A stretch of 47,438 nt of DNA from positions 1 through 47,438 of the forward strand of contig JBDRVN010000006.1 in NCBI GenBank assembly GCA_039801885.1. The letters run 5' to 3'. Below, piece after piece: positions 44,934 to 47,438 of the stretch. Origin of the DNA: a candidate division WOR-3 bacterium. Lineage in GTDB: Bacteria; Hydrothermota; Tepidihabitantia; Tepidihabitantales; DTDR01. The notes below the pieces were generated by a model. That model saw only the letters and a list, made by a program, of their open reading frames with translations, was not told where the DNA came from and did no database searches. The position numbers and the translations under genes were made by a program. Each line of letters opens with the position of its first letter. Within the stretch, counting starts at the first letter, position 1.

Positions 44934-46429
44934 AAGTTTCTTCTTTTACCGTTGGGACATTAATCTCTCGGATTACCGGACTTTTAAGGGAGATGGTTTT
45001 TGCCTATCTCTTTGGTGCCTCTTATGCCACTGATTGTTTTAATGTTGCCTTTCGGATTCCTAACTTATTAAGAGATATGTTTTCCGAAAGTGCTCTTTCT
45101 GCTGCTTTTGTACCGACTTTTTGCGAGAAGATGAAAAAAGAGGAGAAGAAAAATATGTCTCCTTCTCTTTCTTTATTTGCTTCTAATGTTCTGAATTTTC
45201 TAATATTAATTGTTGGTAGTGTTACTTTACTATTGATAATATTCTCTTTTTATGTTGTGAAAATTCTCTCTTTTGGCTTTTCTCAGAATCCGACGAAATT
45301 TACCTTAACTTTAAATTTAACGAAGATAATGCTTCCTTTTTTATTTTTTATCTCCTTAGCCAGTTGGGCAATGGGAATTTTGATCGCCTATGGTTATTTT
45401 TTTGTTTCGGCAGTTAGTAGTGCCATTTTTAACATATTTTCTATTCTCATTCCTATTTTTACTTATACGATATTTTTAAAATTAAATTATGAACCGATTT
45501 TATCAATGGCTTATGGTGTCTTATTCGGTTCAATATTCCAATTTTTTTTCTTATTAATATTTCTTAAAAAACTGGGCTATAAATACCATTTTTATCTATC
45601 CTTAAAAGATGAGGCATTAAGAAGAGTTTTTAAATTATATCTACCGGTAATTTTTGGTCTGGCTGCTTATCAGATTAATTTCTTTGTTAACACGATTTTG
45701 ATAACCTTTTTAGAAGAGAAAAGTATTACCTATTTAAATTATGCCTATCGGGTTATGCATCTACCAGCCGGTCTTTTTGGTGTGGCGGTTGGTAGTGTTG
45801 CCTTGCAAGAATTTTCTCTTTCTGAAAGGGAAGAGTTAAAAGATAATATCTTTGTGCCGATAAAAATAAATATATTGTTGCTTTTACCAGCTACTATTAT
45901 CTTTATAATCTTATCATTACCGATTACTCGAATACTTTATGAAAGAGGAAAATTCTCTTTTATTGATTCTTCTTATACAGCAATCGCCCTTTCTTTATAT
46001 AGTTTCTTAATATTTCCTTCCAGTCTGGTAAGGGTTTTTGCCAGTCTATTCTATTCTTTGAAAGATACAAAAACACCGGCATTAATTGGCTTTCTTTCCG
46101 TTTTTTTAAATATTTTGTTAAATCTAATATTAATGAGAAAAATTGGTTTTCGAGCATTTCCAATAAGTGCTTCAATTGCAGCGATTTTTCAAGCTAGTTT
46201 ATTATATTCCTTACTTAAAAAGAGAGTAGGGATAAAAATTATTAATAATGAAACAAAAGAATTCTTCAAAAAAACCTTTTACTTTCTTATCATTTTTTCC
46301 TTAGCCCTTTATTTTTTATATAAAATCTTTAATCTTCTAAAAATTCCTTTTATTCTATCTTTTATTTTAATCATCATTATTAGTAGCTTTATTTATTTAT
46401 ATTTTCTTAGAAAAAATTTCACAAAATAA
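44909..46429 (+). CDS. murJ: Lipid II flippase MurJ
   Basis: SRITGLLRE, AFRIPNLLR..F.E.ALSAAFVP, LP.GLFG, FYSLKDTKTP. Confidence 0.96.
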   Translation: MEFKRFFLKVSSFTVGTLISRITGLLREMVFAYLFGASYATDCFNVAFRIPNLLRDMFSESALSAAFVPTFCEKMKKEEKKNMSPSLSLFASNVLNFLILIVGSVTLLLIIFSFYVVKILSFGFSQNPTKFTLTLNLTKIMLPFLFFISLASWAMGILIAYGYFFVSAVSSAIFNIFSILIPIFTYTIFLKLNYEPILSMAYGVLFGSIFQFFFLLIFLKKLGYKYHFYLSLKDEALRRVFKLYLPVIFGLAAYQINFFVNTILITFLEEKSITYLNYAYRVMHLPAGLFGVAVGSVALQEFSLSEREELKDNIFVPIKINILLLLPATIIFIILSLPITRILYERGKFSFIDSSYTAIALSLYSFLIFPSSLVRVFASLFYSLKDTKTPALIGFLSVFLNILLNLILMRKIGFRAFPISASIAAIFQASLLYSLLKKRVGIKIINNETKEFFKKTFYFLIIFSLALYFLYKIFNLLKIPFILSFILIIIISSFIYLYFLRKNFTK

Positions 46430-46918
46430 AATTTTATGTAAATAGAGATTAATTCACTTCTATACTATATAGGATACTGCTCCCTTTATAATAAAAAGAA
46501 AATCCCTCTTAGGTATTTAAAGCAGCTTTTTAAAGATATTTAAAGAAATTATTTAATTATCTTTATTACCTCCTTTTTAAGATATTTTCATTTATGCTTT
46601 TTCTTTTGGCAATAAAAATAAGCCACCGGATTCCTTTTTTATAGGATAAATAAGAGAAATATTGAATAGGTCTTATTTTTCGATGAGAGATTAATTTTCT
46701 CTTTATTCTGTTATCTAAAGAAGGAAACCCTTGGTATTTTGAGATAATATTTTCAATAATTCTTTGATAGGCACTTATTACCATTAATATCTTCCTCTAT
46801 ATATAAGACGAAAAAATACTCCTTTAGGTTACCACTTTTTTTTAATTCGTTTGCGAGAGATCGAAAACATATACTTTATTAATTTGACAAAAATCTAAAT
46901 TATATATATATATTATTT

Positions 46919-47438
46919 ATGACAAAAAAAGAAAGGCTTGTTACCAATTCAATAAAGATTTTTGATAAATTTATCCATTTTTTACCAGGTAATATTTTGG
47001 CAAAATTGATTATTGAAATGATTTCGCCCTTTCTAAAAAAGACCTGTATGAATAAAGAGCACACTATTTCTAAGGGCGTGGGTGAGGATATTTTTTATAT
47101 GACAAAGGCAATGCTTTATACCATTTTAAGAATAGAGCTTTCTGATGTTTCAAGAAATATTTTTGTTAATGGTTTATTTCATAAAGAGAGATGGCATAAT
47201 ACAAGTAGAGAATGGCGAGAAAAATATGGAGAAGGACCGCCGGGCTTTTTAGTTATCTCGCCAACGAAGGCGTGTAATTTAAGGTGTTATGGTTGTTATG
47301 CGGATGCGGCAAAAGAGACTGACAAATTGCCCAAAGAGGTATTTGAGAGGATAATAAAAGAGGCTTTTAATCTTTGGGGGGTGAGGTTTTTTGTTATTTC
47401 TGGTGGAGAGCCATTGATGTATAAAGATAAGGGAGAAG
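46919..47438 (+). CDS. Radical SAM protein, 5' part (runs off the window; not in ORF track)
   Basis: Open frame from ATG 46919 containing ISPTKACNLRCYGCYA (CxxxCxxC) and FFVISGGEPL; TTGACA at 46884-46889 upstream. Confidence 0.92.
   Translation, partial: MTKKERLVTNSIKIFDKFIHFLPGNILAKLIIEMISPFLKKTCMNKEHTISKGVGEDIFYMTKAMLYTILRIELSDVSRNIFVNGLFHKERWHNTSREWREKYGEGPPGFLVISPTKACNLRCYGCYADAAKETDKLPKEVFERIIKEAFNLWGVRFFVISGGEPLMYKDKGE

Noticed and set aside
156-46175. Short antisense or alternate-frame ORFs in the track (e.g. 156-350, 8126-8446, 9430-10262 set, 13816-14055, 15404-16183, 21651-22655, 34462-35116, 43769-44878 set, 45960-46175)
   Set aside because: They lie wholly or largely within well-supported genes, have no recognisable motifs, and show the F/S/L/I bias expected from the reverse strand of K/E-rich genes
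1-47438. tRNA, rRNA, riboswitch, transposase, integrase or defence-system genes
   Set aside because: No cloverleaf, conserved RNA motif or relevant protein motif was recognised by eye; a covariance-model search would be needed to exclude small RNAs fully

Overview
AT-rich core chromosome segment from a diderm bacterium, spanning the replication origin region. Short T9SS-type C-terminal tags, a basic kelch propeller, K/E-rich proteins and Shine-Dalgarno use suggest a WOR-3/FCB-type lineage (inference only). Contents in order: pstB (partial)-phoU; rpsF-ssb-small membrane protein-pyrR-pyrB-pyrC; a LonC-type protease; exported envelope proteins; a long DJ-1-dtd-yicC-gmk-rpoZ-coaBC-dnaB-radA-PIN/TRAM operon; a phosphate porin with pstS; several CTD-tagged secreted proteins; a SpoIID protein, GT-C-like membrane proteins, an M15 peptidase and an OmpA protein; a perfect parS, dnaA and an oriC with variant TTTTCCACA boxes (no dnaN); an aminopeptidase, csp and a kelch protein; a PilGHI/Xap-like ABC module with thiE and murJ; and a partial radical SAM gene. 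I recognised no rRNA, tRNA, CRISPR array or mobile element. Four signals stand out. (1) Many genes appear leaderless, with a near-consensus -35/-10 promoter ending 5-10 nt before the start codon. (2) An exported, CTD-tagged, single-chain tandem SagB-like nitroreductase has lost complementary motifs in its two halves, predicting one composite FMN site. (3) Several leaderless genes begin with ultra-short hydrophobic N-termini lacking a basic n-region. (4) A 42-aa membrane microprotein is missing from the ORF track. All family assignments come from motif recognition by eye; no searches were run.
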